The notes beneath the pieces are model-generated. The model saw only the letters and a list, made by a program, of their open reading frames with translations, ran no database searches and was not told where the DNA came from. Positions 11,294 through 23,564 of a stretch of 64,000 bases of DNA are shown piece by piece (position 1 is the first letter of the stretch; every line of letters starts with the position of its first letter). The stretch is from Moniliella sp. 'wahieum' (Eukaryota), in contig RSEE01000012.1 in assembly GCA_003971905.1 (NCBI GenBank), positions 806,001 to 870,000 of the forward strand, given 5' to 3'. The position numbers and the translations under genes are program-made.

Positions 11294-14200
11294 CTAGACC
11301 CAGGTTGCCGTTTTTAGTAGGCGTCCTCTTGCGTTTCGTCCATCGCCTCTGCCAGCGGTGCTCCGCTTTCGCCCCACCCAATCGCCAGCCCCGGCCCGCC
11401 TGCTCTTCCAAGACCAAGCGGCGGACCTGGTTGGCCACGCCCAGAGCAACGCCTCGGCCCGCTCTGGGAGAGTGAGCGCGCCGCCCGCTACCACCTCTTC
11501 CGGTAACGTCTGGGCCAAGGAGGCATAGAGTGTATCCACCTCGCGCTGCAGGTCCTCTCTCACCTCGGGTCCTTGCCCGCGCGCCTGCATCACTTCTTCC
11601 GAGGGCAAACTGAGCGCTTCAGCAAACTGCGCCGAGATGGTCTGCTCGCCCCATTCGATGGAGCGAAGCACACGGTACAGGCTGGTCTGCCGCACTCGCG
11701 CCCGCGTTTCTCCTTCGCTTAGACCCCGCGTGGCGGCGAGTTGGCCCCAATCGGTACTGAGCAACACGCGGCGCCAGAACGAGGCCAGCAACGCATCCGC
11801 CCGCGCGGGCGGCAACGAGTGCCGCACCGCCAGGTACACCTGCAGCGCCTGGGTGTGCGGTGGCTCGCCTTCGCCCGCCGGCGCATCGAGCAGACTCCAG
11901 GTATCCACCAGATCCTCCGCAGGCAGAGTGGCGCCTTCCCGAACCATGCCGATGCACTGCACAGCGTACTGGCGCAGAGCAGGGTACCCGTCCAGCCGGC
12001 TGGCCGCCACAGCGACAAACTGGTCCACTGCGCCCACCTGGTCCAAAGCGAGTTCCACCTCGTCGCCAAGGGTGGACCGAATGAGAGAGGCAAGGTGCCG
12101 TTGGGAGTGCAACTCGGTCAGTTGAGCATCAATCGCCTCCTGGTCCCCTTGCCCTGCCTCGTCGCCTTGGTGGGCAAGAAGAGCGAGTTTGCTCATGCTC
12201 AGCTCGAGTCGCTTTTTCTCCGCCACGGGTTCGTGCGCGGCGAGGCTGACCAGCGTCTGGCTCGCTGCCATGGGTTCCTGCACCCACCTCCACCAACCAG
12301 CGCAGTCGTGCCGCCTGGTCGGCCGATGGCCCGGAGCTGAATCGTGGACAACCACTTTGGTTGGATGCAGGAACTGACGGAGCAAGGCCGCGTGACGAGC
12401 CACCTGCTCGGCTGTCAGCCTGCCCTCGTCGGGTGCAAGGAGGGTGCGGTACTCCCCCCAGCCAAGAGGCGGCGGTACAACGCATCGGCAAAGGGGCGCG
12501 TACGTCGGTCGAGGAAGTGCGGGGCGAGCTTGGGCAGGGCATGGCCTCTTTTCCCCCCGGAGCGAGAGGATAATGATGGCCAGCGCATCGTAGTCTCGCA
12601 CCTTCTCAGCCAGCTGCAGAGCCTCGTCACTCATCCCTAGTCGGCAAGGGGGAGAAGGATAGGGTGTTTGGCCTGGTCAAAGCGGCTGGTCAAGGCCTTG
12701 GCGCGCGTCTTGCCCTTGGCATAGTCCAGCGCAGCTACGTAGCTCGTCAATGCGGCCGAGGCCAGGTGCGGGAGGTAGTTTCGAAGGGCCGCTTGCAACG
12801 CATGCTCCGACCCTCCGTACCCGTCCATCCGCGCCACCGGCTGCGAAACATCCACCAACGAGCCCAACGTCGCCGACCGCTCTCGGATCAGAGACACACT
12901 CATCGAATAGGCCGTTTCGAGCAGATCGAGTCCGCTTCGCTTGCTGTCCAAGGAGCGCGAGCCAGGGGGCCGTCGAGCGCATACGCCGTGTGCACCGCGT
13001 CCTTCGCCGTCTGCACTGCTTCAGCTGCTTGATGGGCCGGGATCAGGAAAGAGTCAACCTCGAGCACAGCACGAGTGCGAGTCGCCAGATCCGCCGTAGC
13101 CAGGCGGGCATCAATCAGGCCTTGGTGCAGCTGAGACAGCAGTTTGTCCCATCTTCCTAGGCCGGTGCGGGGAAGAACGTGCGAAGGGTGTCCTGTGCCT
13201 CGCGGAGGAGAAGGTAGACGCCGAAGAGGAGAGCATGGCTCGGTCAATTGCCCGGACCAGCATCTGCGGCAACCGGGACGAGAGAGAAAACGCAAAATTC
13301 TCTTTCCATACAGCCTCCGCCGACTGGACCAGCTGCGCATCGGCCGCAAGCTGTTGACGTGTGGCCAAGCGGCAGTTCCGCTGCCACGCCCGCCTCAGCC
13401 AGCACAGTGATCAAGCTGCGCAGGCGTGTGGAGCGATCGGAGAGGTGCTGCTGCACATCGACCAGAGCCGGAAGAAGGGCGGCCGTGCCGAGAGTAATCT
13501 CTCGGCTCACCGTCTCGGCCGCCGTTGCAAGCGGGGCAATGTTCCCGCCTGGAGAAATGTGCAGACGCAAGTCGAGCGGTTGCCCGGGCACATCAGCAAA
13601 GAAGACGGCAGACTCGAGGGCACGCTGCCCATTCCGAACGAGCAATTCTTGTCGCTTGCTACCGCGTGCGACAAACGAGGAGTCACCTCCCGTGCCTCGG
13701 GCCAGTTGACTTCCAACACCAACGCGCCCGTTCGAGCGGTAAGGAGCAGCAGGTTGCTCACTCTCTCTTCCGTTCTAGGACCTGGGCCGAAGCCAACGAT
13801 CCGGTTCTGCTTGACGCTCTGAAGCTCCGTGATGTGCTGATAGGCCGTCGTGTGAACTGAGCCTGTCGGCTCAGCAGGAGCATCAAGAACCAATTGCACC
13901 ACCGCGTTGGGCGTCACGACGGCTACCACTGGGCCACCGGCAGCAACGAGACGAGGAGTAGACTGCGTCCGAGCATCCACATCCAGTTCCATCTCTCGGA
14001 TGGGATAGATATCCACTTGGTCCTCCTGAGTGCCCTGAAGAGGAAGCACGCAGACGGCCAACTTGCGTGTGCTGAGCGCCTGAGTTCGGAACCGGCTCTG
14101 GGTGGGGGCATACGTGTAGAGCAGCGCCACCTGGCCAGTGGGAAGGAAGGCGGACGAGGTAATTTCCAATCCATCCTCCGAGAAGGAGGATGGGGTACCT

Positions 14201-15355
14201 CCCATTGCTTCAACCAAGGCAGACGCATAGGAGGCCGTGTTGATCGTGCTCACTGCTTGGTCGGGAACTGCGCCCTGGCCCGGATCAATGCTCCAGACTT
14301 GGGCGGTGCGGCGACCACTAGCCACAAGGTAGGTTTGCTCTTCTTCGTGGTGGAGGTCGAGGGTGCCAATGTAATCAAGCGATTGGTGGATAGGGCCCAC
14401 GTTTTCGCCCAAGCCCAGAAGACGACCAAAGAAGCCGCTGCGGGGAGCCGTGACGGGGATAACTGAAAGATGCACGCGAGCACCTTGGAGGTAAGCGCGC
14501 AGACGGAAGAGGCGCCCTGCGACGTTGCAGCCATAAGGTTGGTAGACCCAATGCGCTGCACCGCCGTCACAGTCTCTCCCGAGGCAAGCTGATCTGGGCA
14601 CGCGGGAGCGAGCCTTTCTCTTCCGGTGTATCCTCCATTAAGCCTGCCCAGCCTGCGCCGGCGGTGACCGACTCGGCCAGGAAAACGTCGCCCGATACAC
14701 GGCCGATCGCCACCAGGCCGGGCTCGGAAGTGTGGGTCGACCAGGGGAGGAAGGTGTAGAAGCAAGGCTGGGGCTCTGGTCGCGTGGGCGACGTGGGTGG
14801 GGCGCTGAGGAAGAAGCAACTGGGCGCGACGGACGTGCCAGGCTACGTGCCAGTCCCAGACGTACACGCGCTCGTGGATCGCACGTACGCCCATCCGAGA
14901 GGATCCAGCGCAGTCGCGTAGGCCATCGCGTACACATCTGTTCCAACGGAGTCGTGGGGTTAGTGGATGGACAGACAGACATGCCACCACGCAAAAAAAA
15001 AACCAAACATACCGGCTTGCCGCAGTGCATCGCTTGCTTCGGGCGGCAACCGCGCAGACGACGAAACGGCCTGGACGTCGTCCCGATCGAGGGGCTGACC
15101 AGCTTGTAAGGGCGCAACGGAGCGGGGCGTCGCATCAGCCAGAGGCGTGCGGGCGCGGAGGAGCCCACTGGTGGGACGGCGGCGGGAAGGGTCAGGAGAG
15201 CGGGGGATGGAGGGGCGCTCCTGCCGAGCCGGGGCCCTGAGCGGACGCCGCGCCGGACGGGGAGGCGGCGGCAGCAAACGACGGGACTGGCCATGGTGGC
15301 TGCGGGCGGCGGCGCCGCGCCGGCCAGACGGCATGGCGGGTTGGCGTCCAAACAT
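11294..15355 (-). CDS. NUP133: Nucleoporin Nup133 (many frameshifts)
   Basis: About 4 kb of coding-like sequence starting MFGRQPAMP. Beta-propeller-like N-terminal half (ERVYVWDW, RTAQVWSI) and helical C-terminal half (QLAEKVRDYDALA, LELSMSKLALLA, FWRRVLLSTDW, TSLYRVL) typical of Nup133. Confidence 0.8.
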
Positions 15356-16716
15356 GGCGGCGACGGTGGAGGGAAAAGGCCGGTGGATGTCGATGTTGAT
15401 GTTGGGCATTGAGCATGCAATTGAATATTGAACTTCAATGTCGAGGTGCGAGCGGAATGCCGAGCGGAATGGATAGGAAAACAGCTCCGGTCGCTGCAAA
15501 GTGGCAGGATGATCGATGAATATTTTAGTGTCTGCCCAAGCGAGTTCCACAGCCGAGGGGGCCACCGAGCCACCAAGACCGCCTTGTGGATGGCAGCTGT
15601 TGGACATATATACTCAACTTACACCATGCTAGCTGGTTTGGCGTCATGGGGGAAGCCGCCGATGGAAGGCAACGTCGAGGTACCCAATCATATCCGTTGG
15701 GAGGCTCAAGAGAGAGGGATTGCCCAAGCGAACTCAAATCGAAGTTAATGATAATCAAGTCACGAGGCAAGAGGGAGAAGGAAAGGGAAGGAAGGGGTGG
15801 AGTTGTTGGGAAAAGGCAACAGGACATAAAATAGAGTGGGACAGGGGGTTATAAGTATTGTACTTGGACTGCTGGCATGGACGCCGCCCCTCCAGAGGGC
15901 CGAGCGTTCGCATCTATATTAATCAGGCAAGACGGTCATCATGGCAACAGCTCCAGAGTCACCAGCACCACGCCACAGAGGGTCCATATTGATGAGAAGG
16001 GAGAGCAAAAGTTTCCAAGAGACATCTGCTGGCATCCAGTGACAGAGAGTTGTATAGGTTACACCAGCTGTACCAGCAACTCTCGAATCGAGAGGCGTCT
16101 ATGATCATGATTGAGGACGCCAAAGGACACATGGTGCTTCAATCTTTAAGCATAGTTACTAGGGAGCTGGTCTACTCCACAGAGGATATACCCACCGCTT
16201 TTGAGAAAAGTGAAAAGCGAACACATGGGAGCTGAAAATAGCATGAGCTTGCTGGGGTTTAAATCAAAGGACCCTGAAGACACCAAAGGCGGATGAGCCA
16301 TCCTACCTATATTACCTCCACGCTACCAAGGTACAGTCGTGGCGGTTTGAAAGAGTTGCGAATGAGGAACGGGAGTTGGAGTAATAAGTGAAGACAGAAT
16401 GTGGCTCGCATGCCCATATGCCACCGAAGCAGGAGGGTGGGCGCTTATGCGCGAATGGGGGAAAGAAGCGAAAAAGACGGGGGATCATGCAAGTCGTGTG
16501 TCCGCAACTTGATATGTAAGAGCGGGTGGGGCGGGAGGGTTTATGCCAAAAGGTGTGTGCAGCCGAGGGAATGAGGAGGGCAAGGGAGAACAAAGAGCAA
16601 CCTCTCGGCACTCGGGTGGCATACAGCAAGCTATCGTGTGAAAGGTTAAGACGAGGTGAAAGGTAAGACGAGCACTGAAGCGGAGACGGTATGTGCCGCG
16701 GATCAGGCTTCAAGCT

Positions 16717-17105
16717 TCAAATGTCAAGACGAGACGAGTGGGTCTGAGCTTGTGTAGTAGCAGGGAGGGGTGCCTCGGCACGACTTGGATCATCCGCCGC
16801 GGTAACAAGAGGCGAAACAGTGTGGGTCGGGGCAGAAGGAAGGCTAAGGGGCGACGCAACGGTTGTCCCCACTGTTCCCGTAGGCTCGGGGCTGGCCAGC
16901 GTCAGGGGCGATGGGGGAGGGAGGCAGGGGAACAGCGGCCGGTACGCAGGCTGGGGCCGGTGCCCGGCAGCCAGGCGGGCATACGCGGATTGGCGCAGAA
17001 GGGGTCGGGTGCGCTGGCGCTGTGAAGGAGGACGCTGAGGTCCTCTCGGTTCAGAGGCGACGCGGGCGGCGGGGAGGGCATGGAAGAGGCGTGCGCCGTT
17101 GACAT
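16717..17105 (-). CDS. Small Pro/Ser-rich hypothetical protein (needs one indel correction)
   Basis: ATG at 17105 (MSTAHASSMPSPPPASPLNREDLSVLL) joins a frame ending SSRLDI* at 16717. No recognisable domain. Confidence 0.3.
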
Positions 17106-17234
17106 GCCGGTCTGCGGGAGGAGCGGTGGGGGGGTGGGGGGTGGTGGAGCGATGGGGAAGGGAGAAGGAGAGGGAGGAGGGGATGATATCGGAGTTTGGT
17201 GGCGGCGAGTGGCTGGTGGAGGCAGTGTCCTGCG

Positions 17235-17287
17235 GGCAGATAGGGTGGCAGACAGGGTGGCAGACAGGGTGGCGGACAAGGGTGGCG
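17235..17287. repeat. 12-bp tandem repeat (GCAGACAGGGTG)-like, about 4 copies
   Basis: gcagatagggtg gcagacagggtg gcagacagggtg gcggacaagggtg. Confidence 0.8.
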
Positions 17288-17753
17288 CAGAGGGAGCGTA
17301 GTACGCAACCCGAGGCGATGAGCGGGGCGGCACGAGGGCAGTGTGGCGGGGGCGGCTGAGGCGGAGGTTGGCTGAGCCTATTCGGCGGTGGCTTGTGGAT
17401 GCAATGTTCACCGTTCACTCCCCCCATCCTACGCCGCTGGGCGCTCGCTGGTACCGGCCGGTGGACATCGATAAGACCTTTCTTTGTACTGCTGATGTAG
17501 TAGCACACGCAGCATATACCTCTCTTGTACGCCCCTGCATTGGCGTTCCGCTATTCTGACCAGTTGCTCGTCCTCCAACTCAACCGGCTGGCGCAGTTTC
17601 CTTGGTGGCTTGAAATAGCATGGTGGTTCAAGGACAGAAGACGTGTGGTCCAAAGGAGAAATATGCATGAAGGGAGAGGCAGAAAGAGGGACGTAAGAGG
17701 CAATATGTTAAGAAGGCGAAAACGTATGACGACCGACAACAGAGGGCAAGTCA

Positions 17754-18254
17754 TTAAGCTGTCGGCGGTGGTTGTATCTCATGCTCATCCGAGGAAGAAT
17801 GAGGGGAGGATTCCATGTGCTTCTCGTGAGCCTTCTCGTGGGTGTGCTGATCCTGCTGGGGCGCATAGACGGTGGAAGCTGTCATGCTAGGTGCTTGGCC
17901 GGCACGGAGCTGCTTCGCCCGGGTGCGCTCTTCTTTGTAACGCTGAGCCTCGGCCTGGGCCGCTGCCAAGTCCTCCTCCTGGTCCGCAGCATCAAACTCG
18001 CCTGCGTGCCAACAACAGCCAAATTGGTGGCCTAGACACCCGCATCCGCACACTGTTTGACACAGGCTTGCTGGAGGACGGGATCACCAGGTGGATGCGT
18101 GCCTTCGTTAGCGTGCGTACGACCTTTTTTCGGCAGGAGGGGTGATTGAGGGATGAGGCCTGAGGCCTGTGAGGCCTGAGGGGGACGTACACTGGCTCAA
18201 GAAGGGGATGCAGAATGTTTTGGCCAAGTCATTGGCTAAGGCGTTGTTGGCCAT
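17754..18254 (-). CDS. Small two-exon Cys-rich hypothetical protein (126 aa; intron 18071-18190)
   Basis: CACCATG start, GTACGT donor, GCTAAC branch and CAG acceptor give an exact in-frame join: MANNALANDLAKTFCIPFLSQSSLCQTVCGCGCLGHQFGCCWHAGEFD...PPPTA*. Confidence 0.7.
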
Positions 18255-19400
18255 GGTGGTGTGGGTCAGCCAAAGGGGCTAGGTGGGTGGATGGATGAGG
18301 ACGAGAGAGAGGCAGACAAGACCAGCACTGGCGGTTGTACCTGTTGCAGCGGGGCCAAAAACACAGGCCAACACTTGAGGCCTATAGCGAGGGTGGGTCG
18401 CCAGGTACGCGGGTTGTGGATCGATAATGGAAGAGAGACTGTGCCAAGGGACTTGAAGAGCTTGACTGGTGCGCTCAGCCTCAGGCTTGAGCCTCAGGTG
18501 AGCGCTGAGCCGCTGAGCGGCTCATCAGAGCTGGGCGCTGGGCTGGCTGGCTGAGCGCGCTGAGGCGCTGAGGCCGGATGGATGATGGATGATGTTTTGT
18601 CTGCCATGCTGAGTTTGGGCTCGCTGAGGCTGAGCGCGCTCAGGCTCAGGTCGAAGCTGCCGAAAGGCTCAGGAAAAGCTCCGGGCGGCCAGAGAGAGAA
18701 GAAGAAGAAATAAAAATGCTTGGCAGCCGGTGATGATGATCGGCAGGGGAGGTGATCAGCGCCAGCGCTCAGTGGTGGGATGCTGGGCTTTTTGTGTTGC
18801 AAATTCCATCCGCTTTCTTGCACTCTCCGTCCGGGTGGGGCCTGGGGCTGGGGCGTGGTGGGCTGGCACGTAACGCACATGTGCGATGAGTGAAGCAAGT
18901 GACCAGTGTGTAGGCATGCCACTAGTCACTAGTCACCCATCAGACACATGATGCAGCCGAGACCTGCCCCACATCTGTGGCTCAGCGCTCAGTCTGCGTG
19001 CTCACTCAGCCGTACACGCCGTACTCGGTGGGCCTTTTGCTGTCCCAAGCCATCTCTCCTCGTATACCCTAAATCTGATCCACGTGGCGCGTGTGCGGTG
19101 CGCGCAGACGTTGGTTCCTCGAGAGGATGGAATATTGACATGCATGTGGCAGGTGTCACAATCGACGAAACAAATGTTCCACACATTGACCACACGCACA
19201 CCGTCGCAACACTCCTTCCCACAGAGACGTTTACACCTGCCTACGACGCTTGCCTACTGAGATAGTATAGGGGATCCGATCTCGATCAGACCAAAAGGGT
19301 GTGCAGAGTACTCATTTTTGGGAAAGGTAGTTGTACATAGGATGCAGTCAACAAGACGCGAGGGCGACAGCGATAGGCCATGTTCAGCCAAACAGCCGAC

Positions 19401-21514
19401 CTACAAGTCGTCATGGTACGTGTCCTCATCGTCCGCGGCGCCGCCAGACTGCTGGTACACCTTGGAAGTGATGGGTGCAACTGCCGCCTGGAGCTCCGAG
19501 AGCTGCTCTCAATGTCCTGTGCCTCGGCCGACGACGAGTTGTCCTCCAGCCACGACTCAGTGTCCTTGAGGGCCGACTTGATCGTGTCCTTGTCGTCCTC
19601 GTCCAGCTTGCCACCGAGACCGTCCTTGTCGGAGATCTGGGTGCGCAGGGTAGCAACAAAGGACTGCAAGTTGTTGAGCGCCTCAACACGCTTGCGCAAA
19701 GCCTCGTCCTGCTCGGCAAACTCTTCGGCCTCTTGGATCATACGGTCAATGTCCTCTTGACTCAGGCGACCCTTGTCGTTGGTAATGGTGATGCTCTCCG
19801 AACGGCCCGTACCCTTGTCGTGGGCCGAGACCTTGAGGATACCATTGGCATCCAGCTCAAACGTCACCTCAATTTGCGGCACGCCACGAGGGGCGGGGGG
19901 AATGTTGGTGAGCTCAAACTTGCCGAGACGGTTGTTGTCCTTGGTCATCGTACGCTCACCCTCAAACACTTGAATCAACACCACATTCTGGTTGTCGGCC
20001 GCGGTCGAAAAGATTTGGCTCTTCTTGGTGGGCACAACCGTGTTGCGGGGAATCAGCTTGGTCATCACACCGCCCGTCGTCTCGATACCAAGAGTCAGGG
20101 GGTTGACATCAATCAAGACCACGTCACCAAGCGTGTCGTCACCAGCCAGGACACCACCCTGCACCGCGGCACCCCAAGCGACAGCCTCGTCAGGGTTGAT
20201 CCCACGGCTGGGCTCCTTGCCATTGAAGAAGTCCTTGAGGAGCGACTGCACCTTGGGAATGCGGGTGGAGCCACCCACAAGAACGACATCGTCAACATCT
20301 TCCTTCTTGACACCCGCGTCCTTCAGCACTTGCTCAACGGGCTTGAGGGTGCGACGGAAGAGTTCAAGGTTCAACTCCTCAAACTTGGCCCGGGTCAACG
20401 TCTCGCTCAGGTCCTCGCCCTCAAAGAAGGCCTCAATCTCAATCTTGGTCGACATCTGAGAGGAGAGAGTACGCTTGGCACGCTCCACCTCGCGCTTCAA
20501 CTTGCCGACACTGCGCTTGTTCTTGGACGCATCCAGGTTCGACTTCTTCTTGAACTGCTTGAGAATGTACTGCGAGACACGGTTGTCAAAGTCCTCACCA
20601 CCCAAGTGCGTGTCACCGGCGGTGGCCAGGACCTCAAACACACCATCCTCAATCGACAGCAGCGACACGTCGAACGTGCCACCACCCAAGTCGTAGACAA
20701 TGATCTGGCTCTCGCCACCCTTCTTGTCCAAACCGTACGCAATCGCAGCCGCAGTAGGCTCGTTGACGATACGCAGCACTTGAAGACCGGCAATGGTACC
20801 AGCGTCCTTGGTAGCCTGACGTTGGGCGTCGTTAAAGTAGGCGGGAACGGTAACGACAGCGTGAGTGACCTTTTGGTTCAGGTACGCCTCGGCCGTCTCC
20901 TTCATCTTGCCCAGAATCATGGCCGAGATTTCCTCGGGAGTGAACACACGGTCCTTACCGTTGACCTGGACTTGAATTGCAGGCTTACCAGCCTTCTCGA
21001 CCAGGTGGAAGGGGAAGAGCTTCGCATCCCGCTTCACTTCAGCGTCGCCCCACTTGCGACCAATCAGACGCTTGGCATCAAAGCTGGGCACGGACAAGGG
21101 TCAGTATACACGGCAGCGTGACAGACGGATGTGCCCCAAACGGGGAGGGAACGGAAGACGACATACACAGTGTTTTCCGGGTTCTGAGCAGCCTGGTTTT
21201 TGGCAGCGTCTCCGACGAGACGCTCGCCATCCTCGGTAAAGGCAACGTAGGAAGGGGTGATACGGTTGCCCTGGTCGTTGGTAATAATCTCGACGCGGCC
21301 CTGGCGCTGGACACCAACGCAGGAGTAGGTGGTACCCAGGTCAATACCGATCACTGTGCCGTACTCGCTCTTCTTGTCCTGCGCCGCCACGCCGACCGAG
21401 GCGGGGGCCAAGGTGGCAACAAACGCAAACAGGGCGACCAGCGCAAAGAAGGCCGAGGCGAGCGACGGGCGCCAGCCCGAACGGGCGGAGGCGGGGGAAG
21501 GGGCGGACAGCCAT
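19401..21514 (-). CDS. KAR2: ER Hsp70 chaperone BiP/Kar2 (intron 21084-21166; indels near both ends)
   Basis: Hydrophobic signal peptide, then [47 protein letters not shown]; ends DEDTYHDDL* (TAG at 19401-19403). Confidence 0.98.
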
Positions 21515-21652
21515 CGCAGACGCACAAGCACAACCGCAGGTGTGTGGCTGGGTGGTTGGTGGGGCGACGCCTTGGCCGACGCCAGCGGCCAGCAGCTGTA
21601 TTTATACCTCCGCCTTCTTCCTCCGCCTCGCCCCGCCCCGCCGGACCGCCGC

Positions 21653-21834
21653 AGCCACGTGGCACTGCCGCTGTGCCGCAGCCAGCCCGCACACTGGCCC
21701 CGTGCCTGCGCGCGTCTTGCGTCGGGCGCATGCACTGATGTGCTTCCACGTCAGCAGGCCCACACTGGGCTGGTGCGCCACGAAGACGACCGAACAGCAG
21801 CGCCGGCAGCCCGTCAGCAGCCTTCCACGTGGCA
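21653..21834 (-). promoter_or_regulatory. Three UPRE-like elements upstream of KAR2
   Basis: On the minus strand: TGCCACGTGGCT (21653-21664), TGACGTGGAAG (21743-21753) and TGCCACGTGGAAG (21822-21834). These match Hac1/XBP1/Cib1-type CACGT-core sites. Confidence 0.75.
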
Positions 21835-22375
21835 GCTGCTCGGTTGCAACCCTCGGGATGGTCCATCTGATGGGCGCTACGGCCGGGATTTACATGTTAC
21901 ACTGGCAGACCCAACACACACCCGTTTGTTACGCAACAGCAGCAAGCAACCCGCTAAGTTGGCCTGCTACAGGCAGGCGCGTCGCCAGAACCCAGCACCC
22001 TACTGAGGCGAGGCGGGTAGGACGCTGCTACGATCCTAACAAAGAGAGTGCCACCCCTACACGCCAATGGGAGCCTAGGACACATGCCCGATAGGGCATG
22101 CGATGCATTGAAAATACATGGGTTGGGACCGGGCAGCCCCAAGGCAGGAGACTGTCGGCAAACGCTTCTGCCACCGCAGCGAAGGAAACGGGACAAGGCT
22201 GTGCGTCAAGCCCGCATGGGGGATTTTGGATGGGAAGGGGAGCAGGGGAGGGAGGAAGAAAAGGATGGCCATTGGCGTGCGCAAGAGCGGATCAAATGTC
22301 GATAAGAAATATATGCATCCGAGCGCGGAGGGGAAGCCTCAAGGGAGCTAAGGACCATTTCCAAGTGCAAGCTGA

Positions 22376-22990
22376 TTAGAAGCCGTAGACCGCAAGCTTC
22401 TGGTTGACCTCGGCCAGGGCGCCGGTGGCGCCGGCAAGGGCAGCCTGCTTCTTCTTCAGGGCAGCCACCTTGCGCTCCTGGTAGGCAGCAGCGCGCACAA
22501 GGCGCTTCTCCTCCAGCTTGGCCACCACGCCCTCGTACTTCCAGCCAAACTCGGACGAGATGCGCTTCAGCGTGGCGTAGTTGCGCCCGGGCTTGAGGCG
22601 GAGGACACGAAGAGCAGCAGGAACGACAACCTTCTTCTTGGCGTCGTATGGCGACGGCACACCCTCCAGCAGGGTGATCTTAGCCAGCGCCGCCTTGCCA
22701 CGGGCCGTCTTGTGGGGAATCATCCCGCGGATGGCCTTGTGGAGGATACGCGAGGGCGCACGCTCGTGCCACGGCCCACCTTTGGAAGGGTTGTAGCAGT
22801 GGGTCTTGTGGAGGTAAGCATGGTACTTCAGCTTGTTGCGGAAGAAGCTGCCCGACACGTTGATCAGCTCCGTGCGGACCACAACCACCGATTGGCCCGA
22901 CAGGGCCTGCTTGGCAACAACCGAGGCCAGACGACCGAGCAGGTGGCCTTTGCCGTCAATCACAACGGGAGAAGCAGACATCGACGACAT
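22376..22990 (-). CDS. RPL16: 60S ribosomal protein uL13 (L16/L13a); 5'UTR intron 22997-23079
   Basis: Intact 204 aa [48 protein letters not shown]. Confidence 0.99.
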   Translation of the reverse strand: MSSMSASPVVIDGKGHLLGRLASVVAKQALSGQSVVVVRTELINVSGSFFRNKLKYHAYLHKTHCYNPSKGGPWHERAPSRILHKAIRGMIPHKTARGKAALAKITLLEGVPSPYDAKKKVVVPAALRVLRLKPGRNYATLKRISSEFGWKYEGVVAKLEEKRLVRAAAYQERKVAALKKKQAALAGATGALAEVNQKLAVYGF

Positions 22991-23281
22991 GGTTGGCTAG
23001 ACGTGAGCAGGTCAGATGAGAGTCACGAACCCATGGAATGAGAGGGGGATGTGAACGATGGCAAGAGCAACGGACATACGGTGGGGTTCGCGGTCGCGGT
23101 GGTGGGAACAAGGCGGGCGTCCGGGCCACATGGGGTGACGGGCACCGGGCGGCGAAAGAGGCTGGCAAGAAGCAAGTTCAACACTTAAAGCTCGCACGGC
23201 GCCAGTGTTCGATGTTTGTCCAAAACGGACCACTGCTCTGGTGCCTCGTCGCTGCGGCGAATTAATGCGTCCTTGCATTAC

Positions 23282-23289
23282 AACCCTAA
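23282..23289 (+). promoter_or_regulatory. Telobox/Tbf1-like AACCCTAA in the shared RPL16-RPL32 promoter
   Basis: caaccctaac at 23281-23290. A similar TAACCCT occurs twice upstream of RPS21. Confidence 0.45.
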
Positions 23290-23564
23290 CGCGCTGCGGG
23301 CCAGAACAGCGTGGCCACCACCGCAGGCCCGTCCCACCGAAGCAGGGACTTACCCACCGACAACACCAAGAAGGTACGTGTCAGCCGGGGGGGGCTATTT
23401 ATGGGCGGGACGGCGCCAATTGCGCCAGAAGCCTCTTGGAAGCCTTTTGCGCGTGGGCCGTGGCGCCTATTTGGCTGTCTCCAGCGGAAAGTGTTGCGAC
23501 CTGGCAAGGACGCAGGGGGGACTGACTGATTGATGATTGTTGATTGCTGTCGTGCTCAGGCAAC

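Noticed and set aside
15428..16235. Short ORFs between NUP133 and the 16.7-kb gene
   Set aside because: No recognisable domain, splice structure or consistent frame, so I cannot support a gene call.
19475..21121. 548-aa ORF antisense to KAR2
   Set aside because: Long antisense ORFs are a known by-product of strong codon bias in GC-rich Hsp70 genes, and this one has no independent coding signal.
23281..23290. CAACCCTAAC as a telomerase RNA template or interstitial telomere
   Set aside because: It is a single copy inside a short ribosomal protein promoter, with no room for a TER gene. A promoter motif explains it better.
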